A program made the position numbers and the translations under genes. From positions 1 through 64,000 of the forward strand of contig NOWV01000119.1 in NCBI GenBank assembly GCA_003344405.1: a stretch of DNA of 64,000 bases, given 5' to 3'. Positions within the stretch are counted from its first letter, which is position 1; each line of letters opens with the position of its first letter. Below the pieces are notes generated by a model, which worked only from the letters and a program-made list of their open reading frames with translations, searched no databases and had not been told where the DNA came from. This DNA comes from Trichoplax sp. H2 (Eukaryota). Of this stretch, positions 15,795 through 29,146 are shown in pieces.

Positions 15795-17278
15795 TTATCG
15801 CTAAGTTCAACTTCCATACCATTTGGTTTCAATCTCGCCCTTTATCTTCTTTCTTATTCTATTTATTTCGCAGATGTTGTCTAACATGATAAATTAATCA
15901 GAGCAGGGTAATTTACAGATTCTAATAGTATATTTTGATTAATTTGAGTTAACCGTGAATAAGAAATAATGATTTAATGGCTACTCGTCAAAAACAATTA
16001 GAATTAATTTTAGTCGATTGATAGTTAATTAAAATGAAAGAGACCCCTTAGATTTCATCTTTTGTGTACCCTCATATTTTAAAACAAATCTGTCCTACTC
16101 AAAAAGGCCTTAAAACATTACTTCATCGTTCGAGTTACTGCTTATATCTAATTGATAGCTTTGACACTAGAATGAGTTGCAAAATATAATTCCATACCAG
16201 TAATGGCACGAAATTTGACAGATTTAATTTGTTATTTTATTTATCATCAACCGCAATGAAGTATCCTCGGGAGAAATGATATTCTATTGAGATTATTGCC
16301 GTTAAAGAATTTCTTGTTATGACAGCTCGTAAATAACATAATTAGATTTAGAATTGCGTTGAAAAGAATAGACCTGATAGAAGTCTTGATGCTTTATTAA
16401 ATCTTTCAAGGATAGCATCAGCTATGGTGGATCCCAGTATGAGCACTGCAAAGTATACAAGACTTCACTGTTTATATCATAACTTTCGCTACTTTAGCTA
16501 AATTAATTTTTGGGGGCTGAATTTACTATTTAAAAACTTTATAAAGCGATACTGCTATTTGAAATATGGGTAGCTAGACAAATTAACATTTAAACAGGTC
16601 AATCTTTTCATTATTATTATGACCAGTATTATAAAAGGTTAATTACAATTATACCTGTCGATGGTTTATACAGCAACTTTTATTAATTTCTCAGAATCAC
16701 CCGTTCCTAATTCCAAACTTATTCTGCAGTTTAGTGAATATCATGTACTAAATTATCTTTACAGTTCTTCAACAAGCTATCTTTATCTTTGTTATCTTGA
16801 AATTGATTAGATTACTATCATCTGGATTAACAAATTAAAAATGTTAATTTGATCAATAAAATTTGCCAAGAACAAATTATAGTACTTTACCGTACGAAAT
16901 TGTTTCTTGCAATTTGAGGCATCAGCTCTACATATCATAAAACTTATAAAATGATTGCAAGGTAGAAATTATTATAATTTACGAAACTTTTCGACGTGCA
17001 ATATATTTTTTATTCTATCATATATGCAAATTTTATCAAGACAACTTACAGTATTAGAGTTATTATACGTTTGCTTCCGAATAGTTCTCCTTATTAGCAT
17101 TACAGTAAACAAAACGTTGTCTAACATGAGATTCTCATTTTATAACGCAAGCAGTGCATACTTATGTAAGATCGTCATTATTGTAAAAAAGTCTTGAATT
17201 TGATCTTAACGATTACTGTGTCGATTAACATTTGCCTTATCGATAAAGTATCCATTACAATTTTCCGTTGTTGCGGCA

Positions 17279-17903
17279 TGTCACAAAACAGCTTTGTAAC
17301 AAGAAAACGTAATGTACGATCAATAAGTCAATTCCTTGAATCACGTATCAAGGAACGATATCTGCACTATCAGAAACACTTTTGCTCTACTAGCAGACTA
17401 CACAAAGACTTAAACGCCTCGTATTTTACGTTAAACACTAAGTTTGAGAATCCTCTTTATTACACGATATACTGCATTTATATACTATTCTTCAATAGTT
17501 CATGAGTCATAGTTAGTACGATTAACTTTGGAATCACTTGCTGAATTAGATATTATAGCTACTGCTCCCTTAATGCAGACAACGGTACTTACGAACGTAG
17601 ACATCTGGTGACTAATACAGAATAGTCAGATTACGATATGTCCTATCACGGAACATTTCCACGATAATTTACAATCTACCATAAGTAAATTACAATCACA
17701 ATGATTCGAACTGTAAGTAGATTATTTGCATTCCCTATTATGACTATTAACTCAGTATGTGTATATGTGTTCTGTCATAAAAAGTCAGTGCTATATAATA
17801 ATCATAGTATATCCAAATTAGAAGTTAACTAAATAAGGATAGTCTAACAGAAATATCCTAACATAGATATTTCTACTCTAATACAGTATATAACACTGTA
17901 ACA
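17279..17903 (-). mobile_element. Solo LTR, family A (625 bp), TSD CGGCA
   Basis: TGT...ACA termini, perfect 5-bp direct repeat cggca at 17274-17278 and 17904-17908. Reverse complement of 40975-41604. Confidence 0.9.
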
Positions 17904-18149
17904 CGGCAGTACTCGTCAAAATATAAACTTGCAGAGAGATGAATCTCTGAGAATTTTAATCCAATTGAATTTATTTTCCAACCTATCAAGAATATATTCA
18001 CGAAGATCACTATCATTCGTAGTTCTCATACTTAAAATTAATAGGCTGTAAACTTTAGCTTTAAGACAATCCTTTATCATACATTTTACCTAGTGAGCTA
18101 CTTTAATCCTGATTAAAATAATTCGACACCATTTGATTTTGTACTATAA

Positions 18150-19154
18150 CTAGCTCGTGAATTCACGTATATTGGTTTTTCTATCTTTACAGCTACATCG
18201 CATAGCAAATAAATTATGAAATAATTGACGATTAAAAGTAATAAAAATTAGCGGATTATAAAATAAGGATAAACTAAATAAAAATGGAATAAATTGTATA
18301 AAAATGTTATACAGTTGGATATTATTCTGTTGCATTGGTAATAAATCATAAGCAATGAAAATACTGAAAGTAGTAGCAAATATCCAAGGTAATACTGTAC
18401 TACTAAAGCAAATTGTAAGAACTATTAACATTTTAATTACATGCCTCTTATGCTTTTCACGGTTAGAAAGCGCTGTTCTATTACGTAAAGCGATCGCTGA
18501 GGTTTTCCGTAACTTAGTTATTATCTTGACGTAGCAATATAACATGATTATAAATGGAATAATATATGCTAACGTATCTAGTAAAGTAACGTAGGTAACG
18601 GTATAAGCGAGTGTCAAATCAGTATCGATGACGCAATCATAATGGTGATATGGATCGACTTTTGAGATAAGATACATCGGCCAAGAAAGTACCAAAGATC
18701 CTAGCCATAACACACATAGCATGACTTTTAGTTTTCTACGATCTAAACGATATTTTACAGGATGAATAATAGCTTGATATCTTTCAATGCTAATGGCCGT
18801 AAGTGTCGAAACAGATGACAAATAACATGCTACCCAAATATAAAGCGAAAAATTACATGCCCTATCGATTGCGGATATTGGCCAATTGAGTAGGCGCATA
18901 TTAAAAGTTAGCAATAAAACAGACATCAATATAAACTGAATAGCGTAGATTATATTGGCTAAAAGCAAATTACCAACAAGATAATGTGATGCACTTTGAT
19001 TTTTTCGCCCATGTATGATAATCGAAATTACCAACATATTTAAAAACACGACTAACGTTACAATTACAATTAATGGAATAAAATATGACCGTAAATCCAC
19101 CAAGGAACGGTTTTGATTTAAAGTAGAATTGTAAAATTTATTGGTTGTATTCAT
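18150..19154 (-). CDS. Intronless class A orphan GPCR, 334 aa
   Basis: 7TM. ACNF...SIERY, YDC, YIIP...CY, VLPW, YNPLIF. Confidence 0.93.
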   Translation of the reverse strand: MNTTNKFYNSTLNQNRSLVDLRSYFIPLIVIVTLVVFLNMLVISIIIHGRKNQSASHYLVGNLLLANIIYAIQFILMSVLLLTFNMRLLNWPISAIDRACNFSLYIWVACYLSSVSTLTAISIERYQAIIHPVKYRLDRRKLKVMLCVLWLGSLVLSWPMYLISKVDPYHHYDCVIDTDLTLAYTVTYVTLLDTLAYIIPFIIMLYCYVKIITKLRKTSAIALRNRTALSNREKHKRHVIKMLIVLTICFSSTVLPWIFATTFSIFIAYDLLPMQQNNIQLYNIFIQFIPFLFSLSLFYNPLIFITFNRQLFHNLFAMRCSCKDRKTNIREFTS

Positions 19155-21590
19155 GAGTAAATATCGCCTTGCTGTAATTTTATGATAATTTTACGAAATG
19201 AGTACCTAATACTATGGAAGAATTGAATAGTCCTGGGAGAAAACATAGATCAATTTAGTACTACACTATCAGGGCTAATCATAAACCTTTACTAGTTAGA
19301 TTAGTTGATAACAAATTTAAATTTGCTTTCAAACTTATGTACAGAAGTAAATATCACTACAAAACTATTATATTCTTTTAGTACGAAAGTCACTTTATTT
19401 GTGAATTAATATCGGTAATGTAACTAAATATACTGGCAATATTGCACAACAAACAAGAAATAAACTGACGAATGGTGAATAGTATAACGAAAAAGTAGCT
19501 TGAATTATCATTTTTAAAGTAACTTACCTAGCAGATCTTGGAGATCTATATCAGCTTACAATTAATCTTGCCTCACGATACCCTATTTCACAATGTACAG
19601 TGTATTAAAAAGAGCTCTTTAGCGCAATATATTTTTAATTTCGATTCTATTCACTAATTTTGGGAGGTTTAAAAATGCAACCAAATCGATCTGCGAACGA
19701 ATTCGAATGGATGGCTAGTTCTTTCTCTAGTTAAGTATATTATGTTAGCATCCGCTAAATTTATCGGTTTTATCGAATCAGCCAGAAAGCAATTAACGCA
19801 AGTAAATGGAGATCCTGGATTTTGACTTTCAAATCGGTTATATGTCGATTATGTACCTTTGATGGAGTACCATCATAGACTAATCAATTCGTTGGATAAT
19901 AACGGTCCTATGGAATAACTATAATTGCAATTTTATCGAAGTGATTTAACATCAGTAGTAACTATTGCAGCACACCATTTATATGAATCTTAAGTATCAT
20001 TATTTGCATCGGTTTACAGAAACAACCGGTGATTTTTTAATGCCTAATTTAATATTAATTATCATTAATGAATGAGTGAATTCTCAAGTTCGGAGATTTG
20101 AAATAAACACCACTATTTTCCCTATTTTTTCGGTTGCTATATAATTTTTATTAAAAGATTGAAATACGATGAATTATAATGATCTTGGCATTATAACAAA
20201 AATTTCTTTTCTAGAAGAGCACTTTCTTCATATAATTGTGCTTGACCTTAATATTGTCAGTCATTACTACTAAGATCCGGTAATTTGCTAAACAATCATT
20301 TTTACAGCAATAAATAAAGGAACTAATAGCAGTAGTTTTCTTTAAAATTTGCATTACTTCTTTGGCAGAAGCAGTAGACAGGCGTGTAAATGCGTTTGTC
20401 TGTCTTTGGCATAAGAAATAATCATCCCAGACTATAGCTTACACCATAGATACAAAACATAACTTGTGAATTTTAAATATCTACATGCTGAACAATAATG
20501 GACGAAAAAATTAAGAGATTCGTAAGCTACGTTTCATTTTGAATAGTATTTATAATAGCATTGTCAATCAATTTTTAGCAATAATTTTCTAGTTAGTTAT
20601 AAAGAAGAAAAAGTGTCATATATCATTGCATTATCTTAAATTGTATAGGACAGACCACGTGGCAAAATTGTGCTAGATCATGAATAACTTAAAGTTATTG
20701 TGGCCCCTCTTGGAGTTAACATATGAAAAAATTAATAGCTGCAAGTGATAATAAAGTAAAGTACCGGGATCACGTATGAACTTTGGCTAGGTAGGTGGCA
20801 CTAAAATAATTGCAGATCATAGCTCTCTATTATATGTCTGCTACTTGGCTAATCTTTTATCCATAAACAATAGCCTTCAAAATTGTCAACTACATGCTTA
20901 TTTCCAAATTGTTAATAATAAGTTTAACCGCCTAATTAAGGTAAGGGTTATTATAATTAGGTTCAACGTTTGTTTGCGTTCTAGTAAAATGATAGCAGTA
21001 ACCTACAGCACCTAAATTAAAATACTATGCAGTTTTTCGGCAACTATGCAATAGGTACTTGTCACAAATTTCGATCTGTAACAAGAAAAAAATGTTAAAA
21101 CTGTTATAGGAATCATGCTACGAGTCTACTGGCTGGTTTGTCCTCCCCGACACATACCTACAGTATGACTCTAAATCCTGAAGATAGGAGATCGTCAAGA
21201 GGAACAGTAGCACAACTGGTCCCTCTTAAATAAACTGGGTCACATTAGGTTCTCTGTTCTTTCTAGAAGACTTTCAGTAGTTATATTCAGCTAGAGTAGA
21301 GCTGTGTGTAGCTAATCTTTGCATAAGATCTAATAAAGTTCCAATTTTTTTCAAATTTAAAATTTTTGCGATCGGATTTTATCACATGATGTTGGAGTTG
21401 ACAAACTAGGTAACAGGGATTTCTTAAAATCCACGAAATATTTGATAATGATGTATTAAACACCAAGTCGATCTCAATTTAGAATGACAGTATAACAGGG
21501 CAATAACATTTGAAATTTATGTATTTTGTTCTGCCATATCTTTAAACTATTGAATTGCTTACATGCAAGCCTATCCTGCTATTGGATGTC

Positions 21591-22233
21591 TTTTACAGTA
21601 TTACACACTGTAATATCGAGATTAGAGTACAGTAGAAATATCTATCTGAGGATAATTTTGTTGGCTTACCCTTATTTAGTGAATTTCTAATTTAGATATG
21701 TGATGTTTAAATATAGCGCTAGCTTTTATGGCTGCGATATACATACATATACTGAAATTAATAAATAAATTAGAAAATCCAGAGTAATTTACTTACAATT
21801 CAGATTACTATGATTGTAACTTGCTTATAGTAGATTGTAGATTATCGTGGAAGCTTTCCGGGATTAGAAATATTGTAATTTGACTATCTTATATTAGTCA
21901 TTAGATGTCTATCTTCGTAAATACTGTTGTCTTCATTGGGTAGCAGTAGGTAAAAATTAGCTTTTGATTCATTGGAAAGTTCCAACATTAATATTACTAA
22001 CTAGGATGTCTGAACTATTGTAAAAGGGTATATAAATGCGGTATACCGTATAATAAATTTAGTTCTTAAGATTAGCGTTTAACTAAAACACAAAGCGTCT
22101 AAGTCTTTGTGTAGTCTAAGAGTATTGGAAAAGTATTCCTGATAGAGTAGGTATTGCTCCCTGATACGTGGTTCAGGGAATCACCTTATTGATCGGACAT
22201 TACATTATTTTATTGCAAAGCTGTTTTGTAACA
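21591..22233 (+). mobile_element. Solo LTR, family A, older diverged copy
   Basis: Colinear with 40975-41604 along its length, including TATA gtatataaatgc and AATAAA. Ends gtaaca. Flanks atgtc/aagcc are at best a decayed TSD. Confidence 0.8.
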
Positions 22234-22991
22234 AAGCCATACTCAATAGCTAGGTTATTAATTGTTTTTATCAATTAGATATTTTCTGAAACGCTTAACT
22301 TAGGTTCTCTGACTTTAGAAATAATCTCTAGTCACTTATCTTGTGTAGGTGTATTTAAGCTTCACCAGTAATACATAAGATTCAGAGCTAGAGAGGTCAA
22401 TAATCCCCAATAAATTCTATTAATTATCCACATCAGGGGTCACTATGGGTTGTATCGTTTAATTATTGAGATTGACAGAAATTTATTTCCAATCTAGAAA
22501 TAGAGACAATTGAAAAACGTATCCAGATAGAGCGTAGTTTTTACCTTGTCATTTATTCGTATTTGCTTCTTCCCACTACATAATATATTTTCGGAAATCT
22601 GATGAGGAATGAGTAGTAATTTAGCTGAAAGCACTAACTTGGTATAATGGAAATGCGAATGATAGTCAGTAAACATGCGTATATCCTGCTTATCTTTAAA
22701 AGGTTATAAACAGTCACGTCAAGAATATACCGATTTAATTATTATATCTGTAATTAGATAGGCATATTATAACGTACCATGTGACATATACAAAGTAAAG
22801 TATTTACCATATACCGTGCATGATGATATTATTAGCAGAGATTAAGGCCATCGTATAGATTATCGCTATCATTTAACAGATCGCACATTTAATCAGTGCC
22901 CTTCTGTAGTACTTCATATTTTGGATTGATCTAAGGAACATTATATGTATTTACTATTGGAAGAATTTGATACGATATAGACTATATTAAT

Positions 22992-23999
22992 ATGAATTTT
23001 TCAATAAACAATGGAAGCCATTTACTTATCAATGGCACCAGTCGAATCCAGCCCAGTTACTCGACAATCTTTCTTGTTTGTATGACTATCATAAGTCTAT
23101 TAGGACTGGCAATTAACAGTCTAGTAATGGCAATCATGATTAAAAATCGCCATTCACATCTTGCTACTCACCATCTCATCGGCCATCTGGTTTTATCCGA
23201 TTTACTGTACGTCACACAGTCTTTAATTACCCTCATCATTATATTTTATCTTCCTGATGTTAACGAAAATTGGTCTTTTTCACTTAGAGATACAACCTGC
23301 AAATTAGGCATTTTCGTTTGGATTATCTGCTATTCCACATCAGTAGGTACTTTAACTGTAATGAGTATTGAACGCTATCGCACCATCATTCATCCAACTT
23401 TACCAAAGTTATTTGGTAAAAAGTTACGCTTAGTGTTACTATTGGTATGGGTAGTAAGTATCTTATTAGCGTCGCCATCTATCTCTCTAGCAGGAGCTGA
23501 TCGATATAATAAATATGATTGTATTTTAGATAATCAAGGGCCAAAATACCTCATTCGAGCTTATGCAACAATATTAAATCTAATGGACTATGTTATTCCT
23601 CTCTCCATTATGCTCTATTGCTATACAAAGATAGTTATAAAATTGAGGAAGACTGCCTTAGTGACAAGTCGTCTTAAGAAATCTTTAACTGATGGCGATC
23701 GTCATGTGCAAAGAGTGATAAAAATGTTAGTTTTTGTAACAGTATCTTTTATTATCACTGCATTGCCTTGGACATTAGGAATAAGTCTAATCGCTTACTC
23801 ACCTTTTAACAATACAGAAACGCTCATCACTCATGACGAAACATTAAGTATTGTTTCTCAAGTAGCTCAAGTTTTATCCTTATCATCACCATTGTATGAT
23901 CCGATAATGTATATCATCGCAAATCAAAACTTTCGTCGTGATTTATGTCAGTGGCATAGTGAACAGAAATCACCCATTATTCATATTAGAGCTTCTTAA
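22992..23999 (+). CDS. Intronless class A orphan GPCR, 335 aa
   Basis: 7TM. LVLSD, TCKL...SIERY, YDC, YVIP...CY, ALPW, YDPIMY, helix-8 NQNFRR. Confidence 0.94.
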   Translation: MNFSINNGSHLLINGTSRIQPSYSTIFLVCMTIISLLGLAINSLVMAIMIKNRHSHLATHHLIGHLVLSDLLYVTQSLITLIIIFYLPDVNENWSFSLRDTTCKLGIFVWIICYSTSVGTLTVMSIERYRTIIHPTLPKLFGKKLRLVLLLVWVVSILLASPSISLAGADRYNKYDCILDNQGPKYLIRAYATILNLMDYVIPLSIMLYCYTKIVIKLRKTALVTSRLKKSLTDGDRHVQRVIKMLVFVTVSFIITALPWTLGISLIAYSPFNNTETLITHDETLSIVSQVAQVLSLSSPLYDPIMYIIANQNFRRDLCQWHSEQKSPIIHIRAS

Positions 24000-24485
24000 T
24001 CGTGTCCTAATTGTCTACCTTAAACTTTATGGTTATTGTCAATTTTAAAACTTAAAATCATGCTTCCTATCATTTCTGCTGATTTAGTTTAAGTATCATC
24101 TGAATTATTTTGAATGCCAATTGCTGATAACTACAAAAAATCACGTAGTGATGCTGTTATACCATACGAAATTTATTATATAGATACGATGGGATCTTCA
24201 TATTTTCAAATTCTTTATATAGCACCGGTATGATTTTATTTGTTACGATTTTATTGGCATTAATTTCATAATATGAATTACTTTTTGATATGCTAAGTGT
24301 CGTGCAGAATTTTAGATAATAGCAGAAAGCAGTATTAAACTAAATGGTGATGAAATTTTAACAAATTATAAGGAATTATATACCGCAGCTAATATAATAT
24401 TTTAGGCATTCATGTTATGGGGTGACTAGCTATAAATGATCCGTACGATATTAAATTAGAACCCCAAAAAGAACTTTAATAATCG

Positions 24486-25094
24486 TGTGACGGAGTACAG
24501 ACTCCGTAAATTAATTGTAGCGTTAATTTTATTAATTATTAATTAAGATTTTATTAATTGTTAATAACCTTTATTTATTAGATATTCGATAATTGTAACG
24601 TTGTTAGCAGTCTAGTTATACGTGTTGTAGACTCTGTGCAGAATGGTATATTTAAAGAGGTGACAACTAATATTCACACATAGTAATTTCGGTTACTTTG
24701 TGCCGAGCCTTTGATTGTTAATTGGCTCTTAATTAGTTCGTAACTCATTAGCGTTGTTTACACCGTCTGCCATACTGAACCATATAGACAGCCGGCTATA
24801 CGAAAGCTATATATTTTTAGGGCTATTTATCTAAGCTGTGCACCGGGTGCAACCGAGCTAGGGTATATAAAGCCCAGTGCTCTCATTAGCTATTGAGTTG
24901 ACGATTGACCGTGTAGTGTACGCTTGTAGATAGAGTAGTCTTGGATGTCAAGATTACCTTTATTTAATAAACTATTTTAAAAAGCCTAAGTTTAGTCTAC
25001 ACTATGCCCGTTGGAGGCATATTTGGCTGTTGTAGCCTTAGTATTCGTACAGATTCAAAGACCCAGGTTTTCTTGTCTTGGGCTGAACCCAACA
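24486..25094 (+). mobile_element. Solo LTR (609 bp), family C
   Basis: TGT...ACA termini. Flanks aatcg (24481-24485) and attcg (25095-25099) form a 5-bp TSD with one mismatch. TATA gggtatataaagccc (~24861) resembles that of the 13729 LTR. AATAAA at ~24966. Confidence 0.7.
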
Positions 25095-26050
25095 ATTCGA
25101 TATCGAAATCTAAGGCTTAATTGTAAGATAAAATGACATACATTACCATGGAAAGACAGGCTTAACGTTCATGCGATAGTACCGTTATCATTAAAATGCC
25201 ATCGGACTGAATTGATTATTTTGTATAACACTTTTACATCTCGACGAGAGCCAGGTGTACTTAGAGTTTGCAACATGATTCATACATAAATAAAGTTTAT
25301 TGTAGAATAATATTGGTGTTCTAGTTTCATTTTAGTAAAGAGCACAGTACCTTACGATTTTTATCAGCACCTTTATCGGTTTATCTAATCGAATATTGCC
25401 GAAAACTGGTCAAAAAATGAACTATCAACGTACGATAATTAAATTCTGGTGTACCGGTAGCAATATGTTTTTAAGGTAACTTATTCTAGTCATCTTTTCT
25501 ATTCCATATGATTCTCGTATAAGATTAAATGAATTCTGTTGGAAGTTACTATCAACCACAATTTAATTGTATTTATTGATTGCAAATACATTTTCTGATA
25601 CAGTTATCACAAAATTAGCTTTGACACTGACAGTGATATGCACTGGAAACATTAAAAATAGGATGCATATTTTTAAAATTGAACTGAAAAACGTTAACTA
25701 CTGTAATACCAAGAAATGATGCACGAGCACTAATACTGTATTTCTACATTCGGAATGAAATTGCTTTCGGTAGCCATAGAGTTAATCTCTGTTTAAGTTA
25801 GACGCTTTTCTCCATTACCGATAACTAGCAATAACTTTCCGCCGGTGCCATGCCAAAAAATAATAAAAAGTTACGTAACGATATGGTCGTGTCGTTTACT
25901 CTCTTCTTTACCATCATTCCATATTTACAGTTACACACATTAAAGTATTTTTCTGTTGGTATATCCTTTTGGCTTTGATGCTATAGCTGTTATATACAAA
26001 ACCTTTTTTATCTTACAGTATAAAGCATATAGAATTATAGGATAATGTAC

Positions 26051-26727
26051 TGTAACGTAACGAGGTGACTTTTCTTACAAAATATTTATCATATTTTCCT
26101 CAGATAACATACCGATTTCTATGACATTAGATATACATACTTTTAGCAGATACCGGTAACTGCTTAGTTTATACTATTATCTATAGAGTGATAATTAATG
26201 TTTAAGTAAGCTTACTATAAATTGAATGATTTTTCCATACAATTTGGGTTATCTGTTCATTCTAGAAGTCTTTCAGTAGTTATATTCGGCTAGAGTAGCT
26301 TAATGTCGCCTACTCTTATCCTCTCCGCAGCCTTCACTGCTACGATCATCATAGCAGCATTTACCTTATTTTATACATAATCAAGTTAATATTAGTAACA
26401 CTATTTTACAGCGAATCATCATTAATCTAAAATGGAAACGATTACAGTATTTTCGTTGACATTATCCCATCACTCAAAGTACAGTACATTGAACTAACCA
26501 TATCCAAATATATGGTTTTCATTTCTATTTTTACCTCTAGTCTCATTAGTAGCTCAACGTCCTACTGTATATAGTTATCCGTACTCTAGCATAGAGTCTA
26601 CCATAACAGTCTATAATTGTGGGCTAATAAATATATCATTAGATAAAAATAGAAACGACACTACCGTACATCATACTTAGTACGATCAATAATCTACAAT
26701 CACAATACTGCGTTACTTTATACATCA
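26051..26727 (-). mobile_element. Dispersed repeat, probable LTR family B (left boundary uncertain)
   Basis: 26385-26727 aligns with 33275-33609 and both end at ...tacatca. 26244-26298 aligns with 21244-21299. Candidate TG...CA limits 26051/26727. Confidence 0.5.
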
Positions 26728-27817
26728 TTACTGTGATTAGATCAAAATGAATTACGAAAGAAATTATAGTTTAAATAAATAAATTCTATATAATATGAAT
26801 TTAGTTTACTATTCAGTTCTGAAAAGAAAATCCTCATGTGTGTGGCACTACTTATTGCCGACGCCACTGTTATAATATGCGTCATACTTTCATTTTTAGA
26901 AATAAAAATTTCATATTCATGTAGTGAGCTACAGAAATCTATTATACCATGTCTGCTGCAAATCCTATTTTACACGTACGATTAATAGTAACAGTGATTA
27001 TTAGCTGCTTTTAAAATACCTGGCGTAAGAGTATTCTTCTAATGTGCATGACTATGCTTTGCAGGAAATTCTATCAATACTGTATGGATAATCATGTAAT
27101 TCTTAAATTTGAGTCATTTCAGGAGCATGACCGGATATTAAGTATCACTTAACTAATTTCCGATCTAGTATTTTGCTAACGATTCTGTCCTTAATTAACA
27201 AAAATTAGAATTAGAATGATTAAAGCAAACTATAGATAAATTATTATTGCAATATTAAATATCACTATCATGAGTCCGTTCATAACGTAGCTGATTCTTA
27301 CTGAGAGAAGTGGATTCTAATAATAATACTTATCGAAATTTCTGCTCTAATAAAAATGTTTGACAATCTATTTATTTATTTTTCGCTTGATAGCTTATGC
27401 TTATCAATGCATTAGAATAGGCTGCACGATGATGGACTTCTATTTACCGTATTAATAAAGAAAATGCGAGTACATTTTATGTAGATTGCTAATTTAGTAG
27501 CCAAATTCGTACCGTCCCACTTAAATATGAATAGGTGACCCATTATGTTGTACCTTTGGATACAAAATTTTATATAAATGGCAATAAAATTTATTAAATT
27601 ACAGTTGGCAATAGAATTAAATTTTAATATGAACTACGATAGCTACTTAAATTCCATACGGTAATGAATAAACATTTCAATCAGATATTGCAACTTATCG
27701 ACACAAATTTCGCAAATTGATTGATTTGCCACTTTTATTTTAGTAACTTATTTTAATAATAAGAACCAACAATCGTCTTGGAGACCTTATATCTCAGATT
27801 TATTTTCACTATAAGCA

Positions 27818-27926
27818 TATCCCAAAACAGCTTTGCAACAAGATAACATAATGTACGATCAATAAGTCAATTCCTTGAACCACGTATCAAGGAACGATAT
27901 CTGCACTATCACAAACACTTTTGCTC
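27818..27926 (-). mobile_element. Fragment (3' end) of LTR family A
   Basis: Matches 17279-17387: caaaacagctttg...ttccttgaaccacgtatcaaggaa...cacttttgctc. Confidence 0.85.
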
Positions 27927-29146
27927 AGTATTACTCTTCATAAAATCATAGTTACGGCACTGTGACTGATGGCTGCAGTTATTGTCAGCATATAAATGGC
28001 GTGATCGGAGCTTGGACTTTGATCTGAATCCTTCTTGTTTCGATAATAAAACTGTCCGAATCACCTAATGGCTACTTATGACAAACATCAGTGCCTGTCT
28101 TTAGTGCAAAATAATGCCAATACTCATTGATGATTAAACAATCCAAGCAATTAGCCAGTAACAACTATCAATAAAATCCTTTTATTCGTATGACAGAATC
28201 ATTATTCGTAAACACAACGTAACGAAATTGTTGATTTCAAAAATTGCCTATTAACGCAATGAGTCGTCATAATTTTAATGTAAGTCAGTAATGTGTTGAA
28301 TACAATTGCAATAAGTTTCAACTCTTAAACAATTTTAATTACTTTAATCAATTACTTCATAACTTGATTTAAGTTAGTAAAGACAAGCAATGTTGAATTA
28401 TTTATTAGTAGTATAATCCTCTAGAATAAAATTATCTGACAGCGTTGATATTAAACTCAATTTCCGATATAAACCTGACAAATCTATAATATGATTATTC
28501 ATAAAAAACCGGAATGTAGTCTGAATTCGATGCCTTTAATATAAATCTTTTGTCCATGGACTGTAGGTTCATAATAAACTGTACGCCTAGAAATTTCCAA
28601 TCAATTTCTAATTTTTTAACTTCCTAACTGCGCGCAATTGTGATAACTTTATTAATTAAAAGCTTACGCTGCCATAGGTAATTCTGTATAGCCTAGTCAT
28701 CGTATAAATGAATGATGTATTTTATTATACAATTAAGAAAACTATTATATCTGTGTCACACATTACAACCATGGACTATCCAGAATAATTTCTTAAATAA
28801 CCAAAACGATTCTGCATCGATTCTGAATGAGGCTGATGAAATGCATCTTTAGCATTGTTTATACGGATTATTAGTGAAATACCCAATTATCTTATTAACT
28901 ATCATGTGATAAAGATTTTATAAGTCATTAAAACAAATTATTTCAATTCAGGTGAGATTTTTACCACTGCAGTAAAGAAATAAAACATAAAATACACTGA
29001 TACCCATCCAATTTAAACCTTTACCATCAAATCGTTGTTTAAACGATTGTAAAATATCTCAATAACCCTAAATGCTAAACGAATGCTACAATGGTGATCA
29101 TGACTTTCTCGTAAAGAAATCTTGTCTATAGCGCGTTGCAATATAC

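Noticed and set aside
16955..17505. ORFs 16955-17197 and 17194-17505 (also 9325-9642, 40839-41337, 46715-46924, 48426-49134, 50624-50809, 54825-55037)
   Set aside because: Short, often non-ATG starts, no recognisable domains. Several simply overlap LTR or other repeat sequence.
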